From assembly GCF_009914755.1 (NCBI RefSeq), contig NC_060930.1: a stretch of DNA of 64,000 bases, one strand, 5' to 3'. Origin of the DNA: the human T2T-CHM13v2.0 reference genome, Homo sapiens. Positions 1-14,384 of the stretch are shown in pieces. The notes below the pieces were generated by a model. It worked only from the letters and a program-made list of their open reading frames with translations. It searched no databases and was not told where the DNA came from. A program made the translations under genes and the position numbers. Every line of letters starts with the position of its first letter. Positions within the stretch are counted from its first letter, which is position 1.

Positions 1-504
1 GCAGGAACTGACTGACATAAGGGAAGACAATGATCCTAAACCTCAGTTACTTAGAAAACTAAAATATGATCCACATTCTCCAGACAATGGAAAAAACAAA
101 CCAAACACCTGGATATTTACAAGATATAACTTCAAGCATCTACAAAGTCATTTTTTTTTAAATTGGGTTTCTCAAATATTAGAAATTATTGATTAATATA
201 AGTTATTTGTTGTATTACAACAGTTATTAGACTGAACTTCTAATTTCATTAGGAAAAGAATAAATAACCGTAGGGGTGGTTTAAAATTACAATAAAATGT
301 AAGTTGCAAAAAATTTAACCACCAAAGAATGGACTATATGGAATGCAAGATACTGACTTTACTGATGAGCTCCTTTCTCAGAAAAGTGAGTTTATTCTGA
401 GATTTTTATAAAGATAATTCTGAAAATAAAATGGTTCAAAAAATGAATCTCAATTCTAACACATTAAGAAAATATATAAAATATCTGCACTTCCATATTA
501 ATTA

Positions 505-1050
505 TAGCATTACTCACAATAGCCAAGAAATGGAATCAACTTAAGTGTCCATCAATGGATGACTGGAATTTAAAAATGTGCTATATATGCACAGTGCAAT
601 ACTATTCAGCCTTAAAAAAGGAAATCCTGTCATTAGCAGCAACGTGGGCGAACCTGGAGGATGTTAAGTGAAATAAGACAGGCATAGAAAGAAAAATATC
701 ACATGTTCTCAGTCATATGTGGGAGCTAAAAAAGTTGATCTCATGGAGATAGAAGGTAAAATTATGGTTACCAGAGACTGTGAAAGGTGGAGGAGGTGGT
801 AGGGAATGAAGTAAGGTTGGTTAATAGGTAGAAAATAAAAGGAATAAGTTCTACCATTTGATAGCACAGTAGGATGAGTATAGTTAATAATCACATTATA
901 TATTTTAAATTAGCTAAAAGAGAAGATTTGTAATGTTCCCAACACAAAGAAATGATAAACATTTGAGGCGATAGATATCCTAATTACCCTGATTTAATGA
1001 TTACACATTGAATGCATGTATCAAAATATCACATTGTTAAAGTATACAAA
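505..1050 (+). mobile_element. L1 (L1MA/PB-like) 3' end fragment
   Basis: tcacaatagccaag...aagtgtccatcaatggatga...acatgttctcagtcatatgtgggagc, typical L1 3' region. Confidence 0.8.
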
Positions 1051-1054
1051 ATAT

Positions 1055-1659
1055 GGCTGGGCACTGTGGCTCACACCTGTAATCCCAGCACTTTGGGAGG
1101 CTAAGGTGGGTGTATCACTTGAGGTCAGGAGTTTGAGATCAGCCTGGCCAACATGGCAAAACCCTGTCTTTACTAAGAATCCAAAAAAAAAAAAAAAAAA
1201 AAAAGGGCGCAGCAGGTCACGCCGGTAATCCCAGCACTTTGGGAGGCCGAGGCGAGTGGATCACCTGAGGTCAGGAGTTTGATACCAGCTTGGCCAACAT
1301 GGTGAAACCCTGTCTGTACTGAAGATACAAAAATTAGCTGGGCGTGGTCATGGGCCGCCTATAATCCCAGCTACTCAGGAGGCTGAGACAGGAGAATCGC
1401 TTGGACCCAGGAGGCAGAGGTTGCCGTGAGCCCAGATCACTCCACTGCACTCCAGTCTGGGCGACAGAGCGAGACTCTGTCTCAAAAACAACAGCAAAAA
1501 TACAAAAAGAAAAAAAAAATTAGCCGAGCATGGTTGTGCATGCCTGTAATCCCAGCTAGTCGGGTGGCTGAGGCAGAGAATCCTTTGAACTTGGGAGGCA
1601 GAGGTTGCAGTGAGTGGAGATCACACCAAGACAGAGTGAGACTCTGTCTAAAAAAAAAA
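1055..1659 (+). mobile_element. Nested Alus: AluS-like element (1205-~1500) inserted in the A-rich linker of another Alu (left arm 1055-1204, right arm ~1501-1659)
   Basis: Left arm, full Alu, then orphan right arm; outer TSD-like gtatacaaaatat on both sides. Confidence 0.85.
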
Positions 1660-1678
1660 TGTATACAAAATATCACAT

Positions 1679-2146
1679 TGTTGAAGTATATCCTTGGCCG
1701 ACAGACAAAATGGACTCCCTGTGACAAACTGAGGGTCTCAAACTTCAAACAGAACCAGAGGGCCACAGCTGGGTGAGGGAGCATTCAAATACTCTGTGTT
1801 CTCAGAAAAATGTTGTAAAAGTATCACAAAACTTCCCTTTCTATAATCAAGCCAAACCGGTCATTGTTGGTGCCAAGGTAAAACTACAGCCAAAGCCTCT
1901 GGGCAACCACTCCCAAGGTTAAAAGAATCATCCGGCACAGAGACTTCTGGGCTTGGAAGCCAACCAATCAGTGTTCAGCTATGGTGGCCAATCAGAGTTC
2001 AGCCATATCAGGACTTGACTGTATTGACCAATCAGAACTAAGTTACATTGACTGATCAGAACTAAGTGAATTTAAATCCTTTATTTGCATAAATGGGCCT
2101 GACTGGGAACCTGGGCAGGAAACTTTTGTTATAAAACCAAAACCCA
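1679..2146 (+). mobile_element. ERV1-type LTR fragment with CCAAT boxes, octamer and TATA (subfamily not assigned)
   Basis: Repeated ccaatcag, ATTTGCAT 2083-2090, TATAAAA ~2130; similar to 51800-52440 and 53680-54112. Confidence 0.65.
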
Positions 2147-2590
2147 GTGGGGCATAGTGACTCATGCCTATAATCCCATCATTTAGAGAGGTCAAGGAGG
2201 GAGGATGGCTTGAGACCATGAAGACTAGCCTGGGCAACATATTGAAATGCTGTTTTACAAAAACAAACAAAAAACAATACAAAAAAAAAAAAAAAAAAAC
2301 AGATGGGTGTGGTGGTATGCACCTGTAATCCTAGTTACTGGGGACTCCAAGGCTGGAAGAGAAATAGGCACACTCATACAGCTGCTGGTGGAAGTGTACA
2401 ATGGTATAATATGTATGGTGGGAAATTTAGTCGGGTGTGGTGGCACACACCTGTAGTCCTACCTACTCAAGGGGCTGAGGTGGGAGAATTCCTTGAGCCC
2501 AGGAGTTCAAGGCTGCAGTTAGCTATGATCCTGCCACTGCACTGGGCAACAGAGGGAAACCCCATTTCTCAAAAAATAATAATAAAATAA
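2147..2590 (+). mobile_element. Old Alu (AluJ/FLAM/FRAM) fragments interspersed with L1M sequence
   Basis: Diverged Alu arms at ~2147-2357 and ~2425-2590 with A tails. Confidence 0.75.
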
Positions 2591-4191
2591 AAACACAAAT
2601 TAATACATTTTGTGCGGAATTTAGTAAAACCTAACAAAATAACATATGCCTTAACCATGGACCCAGGAATTCTCCTGACAATCTATCCTGAAAATACAAC
2701 TCCACATATATGAAACAACAAAGATGTACAAGGTTGTACATGCAGATTATTTGTAATATAAAAAATTGGAAATAATGTTAAAGTCTATCCACAGGGGAAA
2801 TGTTGAGTAATGTCTAGAACAGACTCACAGTAGAACACCTGGGAAGCCATGGAAATGAATGAGAATCATCTCCATGTGTTGGTACAGAAATCTCCATGAT
2901 ATATTTGAAGTTTTTATAAAAAAGGTGAAAAAACTGTGTATTGAGTACTACTTTTTTTTGTAAAAAGGAGTAACAATTTAAACCATGTTAATGATTTACA
3001 AGCTCAAGAAATAAAATTAAATCAAAAGGAAAATAAGCAAACTCTGACACTGAAAGCAAACTGAAACGAATGAAACAAATTGTATTTTGTATTGGTAACA
3101 TGGTTACACAGAGAACAGATTATTTCCAATGACTTTTGAATATAGTTCTCTGATGATACATTCTTTATGAGATGCCTTCTATTTTTGCCAGAAACTTAAA
3201 AAAAACTTTCTAGGTTTTATAAACCAATTCAAAGCATAGGAAAATATAGCACCTTCTATGTAATTCTGTGAGTTAGTGTTACCATGAAATCAAAACTAGA
3301 TGAAAGGAAAACAAGACAACCTGAAGCTAATCTCAATTACTAGAGTAGATGCAGAAGTCCTAAACAGAATAATATGAAATTCAATTAAGTAGTTTATTAA
3401 GAAAAAATATATTGTGAAAGTACATGATTTATGCTTGCAATGCCAGTATAGTTAAGGTCTTAATGTCATCCACATTAAACAAGGGTTACTGAGCATGCAC
3501 ATATGACAGATACTGCTCCTGGACTGGGAAAATTAGGTAATGTTTCAAGGAGTTTATGTGTAATAAAATGGATAAATAAATAAACCACATGCTTTCAGAA
3601 AATCATAAATGTGAAAGAAAGCTGTGCTATAGCAGATATATGTACAAAAGTTCATGAGAATTACTGGGTTGAGCATGTGGTTCTGACTGGAGGGAGAAGA
3701 GAGTGAGAAAAGTTTCCCAAGGAGAAGAATATTTGAGTCAGATCTGGAAAAGGGTGTCACTAAGTTCCATGCAGAGAAAAGGGCAAGGTCCATTCAGGGA
3801 GATAGAAGAGAGTCATTGAAGACACTAGGGTGTGGCCAGCCATGGCTTCTTTGAGTAATAAAGACTAATCTAATATGACTAGAGAACATGGACATACAGT
3901 GGGGAGATATGACTGGATGGCAGCTTAAGGTCAGTTGACACAAACCTTTGTGTGGCATGCTAAGGAGATTGGAACCTCTAATTTAAAAAGTAGACATCCA
4001 AGGCTTCTGAGTACAGGAGTGAAATGGTCAGATGTGTGAGTAATCAAGAAACTGGTAGCATCAGTGTGGATGGATTGCAATGGGGAAGTGGTGAAGTATG
4101 AGGAAACACACCTGTCCAGTTTGCTTGAGACAGAAAGTTGGGATTCTCTTAAGCAGTCACTTAATCTTAATCTCTATAAGCAGTCACAGAG

Positions 4192-5195
4192 CCAGGGTTG
4201 TGCTGGAGCTGGCTCAAATGAATGCAATCTTACTCACAAGGACCAATTATTAAAATTGCAGGAATTTTGCAAACTGGTTGTTAAACACCACCATTATTAA
4301 AAATTAAATTATATAAAATTACAGTTAAATTAAATTTAGAAAGGTGAAAATACAGTACATTTTAGTATTTACTCTCCATGCTCTTGAGGTTATTTATGTC
4401 AATACTATCTGAATTGTAGAAATGCTATTTAATGGTATGCTATTGTGCATCTCTTCCCAACTCTGCATTCAATAATGTGTGGGTAGCTGGAAATCAGCCT
4501 GGTGGACATTCTTACACCATGGAAATCAACAACCACTATAAATTAGGACTTTATTATTGATTGTCTAGACTTAAGAAAATCTTGGAGAAAATCTTAATAA
4601 TGTAGATTAAACTTAAAAGTGTGACATATCTATAGCTATTACATTCTGAATAGCCCGAAATATTAAGGAAATATTATTTCAGTACCCCAAAACTATTATC
4701 CAATTCAGCAAGTAGTTGCTCATGCCATTGACATCTGAGCAAAGTTTTGACATACTTTCATTTTCCTTCATTTTTTTTTTGAAACCAGAAATAAAAGCAC
4801 ATAACCAACTTTTATGTCAGGACTGCACCCATTAGTTAATGTGTAAGTGACTTCTCTGATCAAACAGATAGTAATCAAGCAGTTTGCAGTCTGATTTTGT
4901 GACACTATTGTTGGCAATAAAATTCTAAAAATTGATAGAATTTTTACAAGAAATAGTAATTCCTCTGAAGTTATAGGTCTAAACTGAAAATCAAGAAAGC
5001 AGTTTAGCTTAAAATTTATTTCTCAAATTATATACAGAAATGTTAGTGGAAGTTTTTACTTTAACTTGCAAGTGGTACCATGGATTTTATTAACATATAT
5101 ATGTATGGATATAGGTGTGTAAATGTTTTGTGTATGTATATGTGCGTATTCACTTTTCTCTTAGAGCCAGTTGTTAAAAACATACCAGCACATAA
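4192..5195. mobile_element. hAT DNA transposon, MER63-like
   Basis: Terminal inverted-repeat-like ends cagggttgtgctgg... / ...ccagcacataacta; internal ggaattttgcaaactggttgttaaacac. Confidence 0.65.
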
Positions 5196-7321
5196 CTATC
5201 TACAAACTATACATTTGAGAGAGGCCTCCAAACGAAATACGTGTATGGAGGACAATGAGAGAGAAAGGAATACTTTAACATTTACTTGGTCTTTGGTCTG
5301 AAATTCACACGTTTCCCAATGTGGGTAAGGCCAGATCATGGCAAGAACACCTTTTCCCTTCACTAAAAAACATAGAGAAAAAGTAAAACTTGCTCAGTCT
5401 TTGTGTTACAGACTTCCCTAAGTTGGAGGCCTTTTCTTAGGCTCCAGGTCTTTCTATTTCAGACTTACAGAATAACAAATCATCAAAGTAACCAAAACAG
5501 ATGATCTGGCCTCTTTCTAGAAGGAACTAATCCGTTACTCACAATACTCTGATACAGTGGCTGAAAGGTCTGAGGGACCAAACCCATGTGGGCATCATCA
5601 GGGCATTTATTAGTTGTTTCTTTAGAGCTTCTCCCTTATATGAAAAATTGGTTCTACCATATTTCATCTGTAAAGTTCAGCCAACGATCCTGATAGGCTT
5701 TGTAGAAAAAGTGCCATTGCACAAGATTGCTTCAGAAGTCTTTAAAGATACACTTGGAAGTAAATTCACATATTTGACTTAAAAGACAGAGAGGATCACT
5801 CATGAGCAGATTTCGCAATCCTAACAATAAATAGTATTAGCCGTTATCAATCTAGTGAACTTAAATGTTTACTGCAGCTTCAGATAATAAATTCAACAAA
5901 AATGCATCATGTCTTATCTATATTACCTGTCTTATCAAATTAACGGTATGATTCATAAATAGCATATAAATATGGAAAGCATAGTTAATCACAGCTCTTA
6001 TTTTTAAAACTTAGTTGCTCTGAAAAACCTTTAGTTTTGATGATCCTTCGGCAGCTTATTTTCAGGTGGAGCCTCATGGAGTTCCTCTTCAAAGTGCAAG
6101 GATGTCCATGATTCCAGTATAACATTTATAAAGGTAATTAACTAAATAAGTCAATACTGATAAAATATTATATTCCTGACAATAGTTGCTAAAATGCATT
6201 AAAAATGCTAGCTATGGGCTCTTTAAAGTTTAAAGCTCTTAATAAACTGGGGGTAATGGGATAAATTATAAAAATTGTTGAATGAATACATCCCAAAAGA
6301 AGGAGCAGCATCCTAAGTTCAGTAGTAAGATAGTTTTATTGCCATTAGAATCAGAAACCTCCAAAAAAAAATCAAATTCTTATCACCACCCTATGCCTTG
6401 TTGTGGAATATTAGACAAGTTATTAAGCATAGAATTTAGCCATGGTCAACTATAAGACAGTATCATACTTTTGGATGACTTAATTGTAGTCCTAGTATAA
6501 TAGCTAGCTTCTAAGGTGGCACCCTATTATTCCTGCCTCCTGCTATTCCAACCTTGCGTATCCCCTTCTGACCCTGTACCAGGGTTGGCCTGTGCAACCA
6601 ATGAAAAACAATATGGCAGGATTGATGGTATGCCACTTTAGAGGTTAAGTTATAATATGTAATGCAACTTCTTTTAGTCACAAAGTAGGAAACAGAGCCA
6701 AAAATCTACTGACTGATTCATCAGGGATAGACTGACAATAAAAAACAGTACTTTTGTCACAACTCTTATAAGTTCACAGTATGCTAAAAAGTATCTTTGA
6801 TTGTAATAACAGGGGCCTCTCAAAGCAGTTCACCAACAATATCACCAACAGAGAAACTCATGATGTTTAAGGCTGCAGAAAGGATGCCAGTATCAAAGTG
6901 GATCTACTTTAGCACCTCCTACAGGTAGCAGAGTAATCAACCCAGTGCATTCCTGCAGCAACATTGCCATTCTTCCGGGTTAGGGCATTCAGGGTAAAGA
7001 AGCAAAGTGCAATTGTTCTGGCATTCTGACAACAACACAGCTCCTGAGAAAGAAGAATAAATATGTAGATCATGGTAGATCCATGGGGAAATCTTATTTT
7101 ATGGCTTCCATTTCCACAATGTAAGAGCTAGGCTTAAATGCTGGTTGGACTAGAAACAATGAAAGGAGGCATGTAAACTTGCAGCCTTCAGCTCAACTGT
7201 CTGATTGGAGAATATGACTCTAGGATGTCAGTAAATCAGCCAACAAATAACACTACACCTCCAAAGCTGCACAAATTCTTCAAGTATATTTTAGCCAAAA
7301 ATATTCTTCCAAGAAACCTAC

Positions 7322-7677
7322 CGTTATGGACTGAATGTTTGAGTCTCCCTCAGATTCATATGTTAAAATCCTAACCACCAACGGGATGAGATTAGGAAAT
7401 GATTAGATCATGAGGCTGGATTCCTCATGAATGAGATTAGTGCCTTTATAAGAAAAGACATGAGAGCATGCTTTCTCTGTTGGTCACCACTAGAGGATAC
7501 AACTCTTTGGAGTTGGAGAAGACAGCTGTCCACAAATTGGGAAGTGGGCCCTCATCAGATACTGAGTCTGGCAGTATCTTGAACTTCTCAGCCTTCAGAA
7601 TTGTGAGAAATACATTTCTGCTGTTTAAGCCATCCAGTCTATGGTATTCTGTTATAGCAGCCCAAATTGACTAAGAT
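7322..7677 (+). mobile_element. MaLR LTR (MLT1A/MST-like)
   Basis: gttatggactgaatgtttg...gttatagcagcccaaattgactaaga. Confidence 0.8.
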
Positions 7678-8254
7678 GCCTAGGATATATTGACATTTGG
7701 AAATCTATAATATGGAATTTATAATTCCAAGCCAAAAGATTCAGAAAAGTGAATTCAAAAAACTCAAAATTTGCTAGAAGGGCATATGTGTATATTTGTT
7801 ACTTATTTTACATGAAAAAACACTTAGTAAAACAAGAATAACATTATTCTTAATACATGGGCCAAATATACCTTAACCTAAACCCCAATGTCTTGTTTCA
7901 TGATGAAAAATCAGTACTATGTCTATGACAGTCAGGAACACAAAAGGTCTCAGATTGGTGTTACTGAACAGAGGCAAACAAAAAACCTCTCTGGAGAAAC
8001 AATCTCTCAATCCATGGCAGGGTTAGCTGAGGTGAAACTCATTAAATATGAGCTCACAATCTGAAATTACACAACACACCTGAAACAATCCCATATGAGC
8101 AAGAATCAGGAGAACACAAAAAGATTGGACATCCTACTCCAGATCTTGAGATAATAAAACACCATAAGAAATTACAGAAACTAAGAAAATAGATATATAA
8201 AACACCAATAAACTATTTATAAAGACTAGAAGAAAAGGGAAAAAATGGGAGGAG

Positions 8255-9250
8255 TGAAGGGATGGCCTGCCCCTCCACACCTGTGGGTATATCTCGTCAG
8301 GTGGGACGAGAGACTGAGAAAAGAAATAAGACACACAGACAAAGTATAGAGAAAGAACAGTGGGCTCAGGAGACCGGCGCTCAGCATACGGAGGACCTGC
8401 ACCGGCACCGGTCTCTGAGTTTCCTCAGTATTTATTGATTACTGTTTTCACTGTCTCAGCAAGAGGAATGTGGTAGGAGAGCAGGGTGATAGTGGGGAGA
8501 AGGTCAGCAAGAAAACACGTGAGCAAAGGAATCTGTGTCACAAATAAGTTCAAGGGAAGGCACTATGCCTGGATGTGCACGTAAGCCAGATTTATGCTTC
8601 TCTCCACCCAAACATCTCAGTGGAGTAAAGAATAACAAAGCAGCATTGCTGCCAACATGTCTCGCCTCCCTCCACGGGGCAGTTTTTCTCCTATCTCAGA
8701 ATTGAACAAATGTACAATTGTGTTTTGTACCGAGACATTCCATTCCCAGGGGCAGGCAGGAGACAGATGCCTTCCTCTTATCTCAACTGCAAGAGGCCTT
8801 CCTCTTTTACTAATCCTGCTCAGCACAGACCCTTCACAGGTGTCAGGCTGGGGGATGGTGAGGTCTTTCTCATCCCACAAGGCCATATTTCAGACTATCA
8901 CATGGGGAGAAACCTTGAACAATACCCAGCTTTCCAGGCAGAGGTCCCTGCGGCTTTCCGCAGTGCATTGTGCCCCTGGTTTATTGAGAATAGAGAGTGG
9001 CGATGACTTTTACCAAGCATACTGCCTGTAAACATTTTGTTAACAAGGCACATCCTGCACAGCCCTAGATCCCTTAAACCTTGATTCCATACAACACGTT
9101 TTTGTGAGCTCAAGGTTGGGGCAAAGTTACAGATTAACAGCATCTCAGGGCAAAGCAATTGTTCAGGGTACAGGTCAAAATGGAGTTTCTTATGTCTTCC
9201 TTTTCTACATAGACACAATAACAGTCTGATCTCTTTTTCTTTTCCCTACA
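8255..9250 (-). mobile_element. HERV-K(HML-2) solo LTR, LTR5B/LTR5A-like, 996 bp
   Basis: Minus strand begins TGTAGGGAAAAGAAAAAGAGATCAGACTG and ends ...GGCCATCCCTTCA; 5-bp TSD AGGAG (8250-8254, 9251-9255). Confidence 0.9.
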
Positions 9251-9474
9251 AGGAGACAAAACCTAAAAAAATGAAGTCATTGAAAATAAAACTCAATACA
9301 AGTGAGTTTGATATCAAATTAGACACTGCTTACTTCTTGAACTGTATACAGGTAATGGCTTAAACAAATAGATTTTTATTTTTCCCAATTTATAGGCAGT
9401 TCAGATCTGGTATACCAGTTCAATAAAGCCAGAGGGACTCAAGTTTTTTTTTTTATTTTTCTACTCGACCCCAT

Positions 9475-10402
9475 GGTAGAATATATTATTGTTCACAGAT
9501 ACTTGCTGCCTTCTTCATACTTCTTGGCTGCATTAATATCCATCTGGATCATGTGACTTACTTTGATCAATTCAATTTAATTAGAAATAACATGTTTCCA
9601 GCCATAAGTTTCTCCATATATTCTCTCTTTTCTGTGCCATGAGACTGGCTGTAATGTTTCAGATGGAAGCTGCCTATAAGCCTGGTCCCAACATGAAGAT
9701 GATGTGGATCACAGCTGCTGCTGGCCTGTGCTAGACATGTATCTTGAAGCAGGAAATAAAATTACATTGTATGCCACTAATTAAGGCTTCATCTCTTACC
9801 ACAGCCTAACTTCTCCTTTCCTAACCAACACAGAAATTAGTGCAAGGCGTAGCATAGGGTGTTGCCATAGATTAAAAACAAAATAAAACAAAGCACCGCC
9901 TTTTTTGGGGCATTGGCTTCAGGGATGGGATAGGAGCAGAAAAGAAGCTGTTATTAGAGTTTAGAAGGGCAGTAGTACTTAATTTGCATAGGTGAAACAT
10001 TTAGAAAACTTTAGAAATGAATTTATAGGTAATTTCCCTATTGAGCTTATTATTTTTGGTGAAGTTCTTGGCATAGTTAATGTAAATCATGTGATTTACT
10101 ATTGACTATATTTCACAAAGTATAATAAAACAAGACATAATCTGAAAAAGTAATTAGCTGGTTTGAAAATCAGAATGAAGGAAATTGAGAGAAACTAAAA
10201 ACTGTAGACTTACTGAGTTGAAAGATACTATTTCTCAACTCCCAACAGTTAAAGATAAAACTGAGAAATGATTTAAGTAAGAAAGTCCTTTTAAAGCTTG
10301 GTCTTGTGCAAGTATCAAATCAAGGTGGTAACCATTCATAAAAATAATGAAGCAAAGGTTATGGCTTTTCTATTGAAGCCTGGTAGGCTCAAAGTAACCC
10401 AT

Positions 10403-10439
<37 letters not shown>

Positions 10440-11518
10440 GGGAAGGAGAAGCACTTGTATAGGAAACTGGTTATGATTTTGAGTGACATAATACCACAGA
10501 ACTACCAACCTGGATAAAGGAGACTGTGACTTATCAAGGGTTATGTCACTTGTGTGTGTGGGGGGAGGGGGGTGTCGTATTTTAAAAAAATTTTTTTTGT
10601 CAGCAATGGGCCTAGTATTCTGCCCAGTCTGCAAGGACTATTCAAATATGGTCAAAGGAGATATTGGAAAAGGAAGGACTGGCCAGAGCATGGAGCCAAG
10701 ACCTGTGAAAAATAATATCCTAGGGGAATTACTCATGGCATGCACAGCCACAGATTAATTAGGGATTATCACATATGGGGAGATAGGAGGAAGACTGAAA
10801 TAGCTACCCACATGATCTCAGATTTCTTTGAACTACAAACTCCTGTGCAATTCTGTCTGCAATTATCTTTTCTGTGTCCTAGCATGACACATTGGGTGTG
10901 CATGGGTGTGTAGGGGAAGCAGACACCTTGTCTCGTTAGTTCATGAGTTTCTGGAGCAAGACAAGTCATATTCAACCTGACGAGATAATATCATAAAATT
11001 GTCAACATCAGCCCTGAAGCTATAATTAAATGAGACTTTGACTTGGCTTTTCATAGGAAGGGATTAAGTATATTTTGTGTGCAGAAAGGATAGTTTACTA
11101 ACTAAATAATTTTGAATTGAAGCTTGGACAGTGATAGCTTATATGACTGTTCAAAAATTTTCCCTGGCCCTGCCCTGGAAAGAATTGTATTTCTCTATTT
11201 TGGTTCTATTGGGCTTGGCCATCTGACTTGCTTTGCCCAATGAAATTTGAGTGGAAGTGACACCTAGGCAAAACCTGTAAGAGCAAGCACTTGGCTCACC
11301 ATAATTTCTCTTTTACTTCTGCCATGAGACCATCCATATTCCAAATAAAGCCTGATTTGTCAAACTGGGCCCCTAAGTGAGGAAAACATGGTGAGAAGCT
11401 GTAGCCAAGACACGATGGTCATGAATTGTGAACAGCACATAAAACTTTGTTATTATAAGCAACTGAGATTTTTGGGTCATTTGTTATCCCAGTGTAACTT
11501 AGCTTATCCTGACTGATA
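9475..11518 (+). mobile_element. Ancient MaLR (MLT1-type) LTR-internal-LTR remnant
   Basis: Two related LTRs (~9475-9830, ~11130-11518) flank MLT1-int-like sequence (starts acagaaattagtgc...); (GA)n at ~10406-10433. Confidence 0.55.
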
Positions 11519-11878
11519 GAGCCATCATCAGTTTATTGGCTTTCATCTTGCTGTTGTCTAATGAGCCTCAGGTACTTGCCATACCTCAAGACCTGATATC
11601 CACTGTTACGGCAGAAGGAAAAAGAAAAAAGAAAAAAAAAGATGAGACACAGGCCTACTTCTTTTTATGCATCAATGGCCAGAAATGTGTAGGCCCCATT
11701 TGTTTCAAGGAAGCCACAGAAATGAAGTTTTTGTTCCTATATGCCTTATAGTAGATACAAGCTAGGGCACAGAAATTTGGAAATGTGGTTTTGCTTAGCC
11801 AATTAATAATGCTGGCCACAGAAACTCATCTACTGCTTCTTCTCCCCACAGAGCATGTGCTGTATATTTGCTATAATA

Positions 11879-12885
<1,007 letters not shown>

Positions 12886-14384
12886 TATTAGAGGCTTCTT
12901 GGAAAATCTATTTTCAAGTGTTTTACTTTTCTAACAACATTGGTAAAACACTTGGCAATCATCTTGGGGAATTGGGCATCACTGACAGGAGGAACTGCAA
13001 GTGTAAAGGCCTTGAACTTCATGGACAAGGCAGAACTGGTTGGAATTTAGTGAGGGAAGGACAGCAGGGCAGAGGTCAGTAAGGTTGGTGTGTCCAAGGT
13101 GATGTAAGGTGTTGGAGCACCTTCAGGAAGGTGAATTTGCTCTCTTTTCTCCTAGGTTCTCTGGGAAGGCTTTGGAAGACTTTTACACCAGTAAGTAACA
13201 TGATCATATGTACATTTCCAACATTCTGCCTGCTATGTGGGGTGGATTAAAAGAGAGAGAATGGAAACAGTGGGGCCCGGTAAATAATCATTTTATTTAC
13301 CCTGGTGATAGATGATTGTGATAGGAATGGAGAAAATAAAAAATAATGGAAAGAGATGAAGGTGGAACTGATAGAACATACTGTTGGAATTAATGTTGAT
13401 GGAAAGTATAGAATGAAGGCTGACTTTTTTTTGGCAAGATTAACAGGGAAATGGTAATGCCATTAACCAAGATGGGGGATCCTGGGCCAGGAGTAGGGTT
13501 GGAGGGAGATTCAGTTCTGCTTGCAGTCATAAGACTGAGATACCTAATGGGTACTCAAGGAGAGATGGATGAAGTTGAAGTCGAAGCTCAGAGAAGAGGT
13601 CAGAATTGGGTGTGAAAGGAAAGGGGACTGGCTGAGATCTCCTTGGGAGTGAGTTTAGATAGGGAGGAAGTTCAAGGACAGAGTCTTAGGCATATCAACA
13701 TTAGAAACCAGAGAAAAGATAAGGATTCAGCAAAACGTATTGACAAGGAACAACCAATGAGACACGAGGAAAATCAGATCTGAATGAATTAAATGAAACA
13801 AGGCATCAAGAAGGAACGAGTGGTGGAATCTGTCAAGCACTGACAGATGGGGCCTGGGATGTGACCACTGGATTTGCTGGCAGAGAGGCTGGTGATGGCT
13901 TTGCCTTTAAGGGCTGTCTTGTTGCTGATGGATTCATGAGAAAACTAGAGGTGGGGAACCAGAATGCAAATATGTATGAGTCTTCTGAAATGTTTTGCCA
14001 TAAAAGGGAGGAGAATCACAGAGTTAATTTTCATGGAAAACTCAATGGCCTTTGTGCAAAAAATTACAATCAGAAAACCATAAAAATCACTCAAGTCGAC
14101 CAAAATGTATTAAGTCTCTCCTCTTTGGAAAGCTCAGTTCTATTAAACAGCAGGATGGTGGAAAAGGGACTCAAAAGGGGCAAAATATACCCCATCTCCA
14201 TGAAGATTATAATAACTCTGAGAGACCCCAGAAGGGGATAGTGCTGTCAGTGAAACATGTGGGGTGTCAGGATCCTTATAAGAAGGGACATTGATTCTGA
14301 TTAAGGATGAGGGAAGACATAGGTGACCTCAGCTGGGCTTGAAGCATGAGGAAGATTTAATGAGCTTGATTTGATTATCAATCA

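Noticed and set aside
1016-2590. Several 60-116 aa ORFs here (and at 12536, 31065, 34943, 57407, 62665)
   Set aside because: All are Alu-derived reading frames.
6066-6133. Possible 68-nt exon (ttttcag|...AAG|gtaatt)
   Set aside because: Isolated splice-like motifs with no partner exon or recognisable product.
1-8000. Histone genes/pseudogenes expected near the HIST1 cluster
   Set aside because: No histone-like translation or histone stem-loop seen; 5400-7300 remains unassigned by eye.
8617-9218. Overlapping ORFs as HERV-K proteins
   Set aside because: They lie wholly within a solo LTR; no gag/pol/env sequence.
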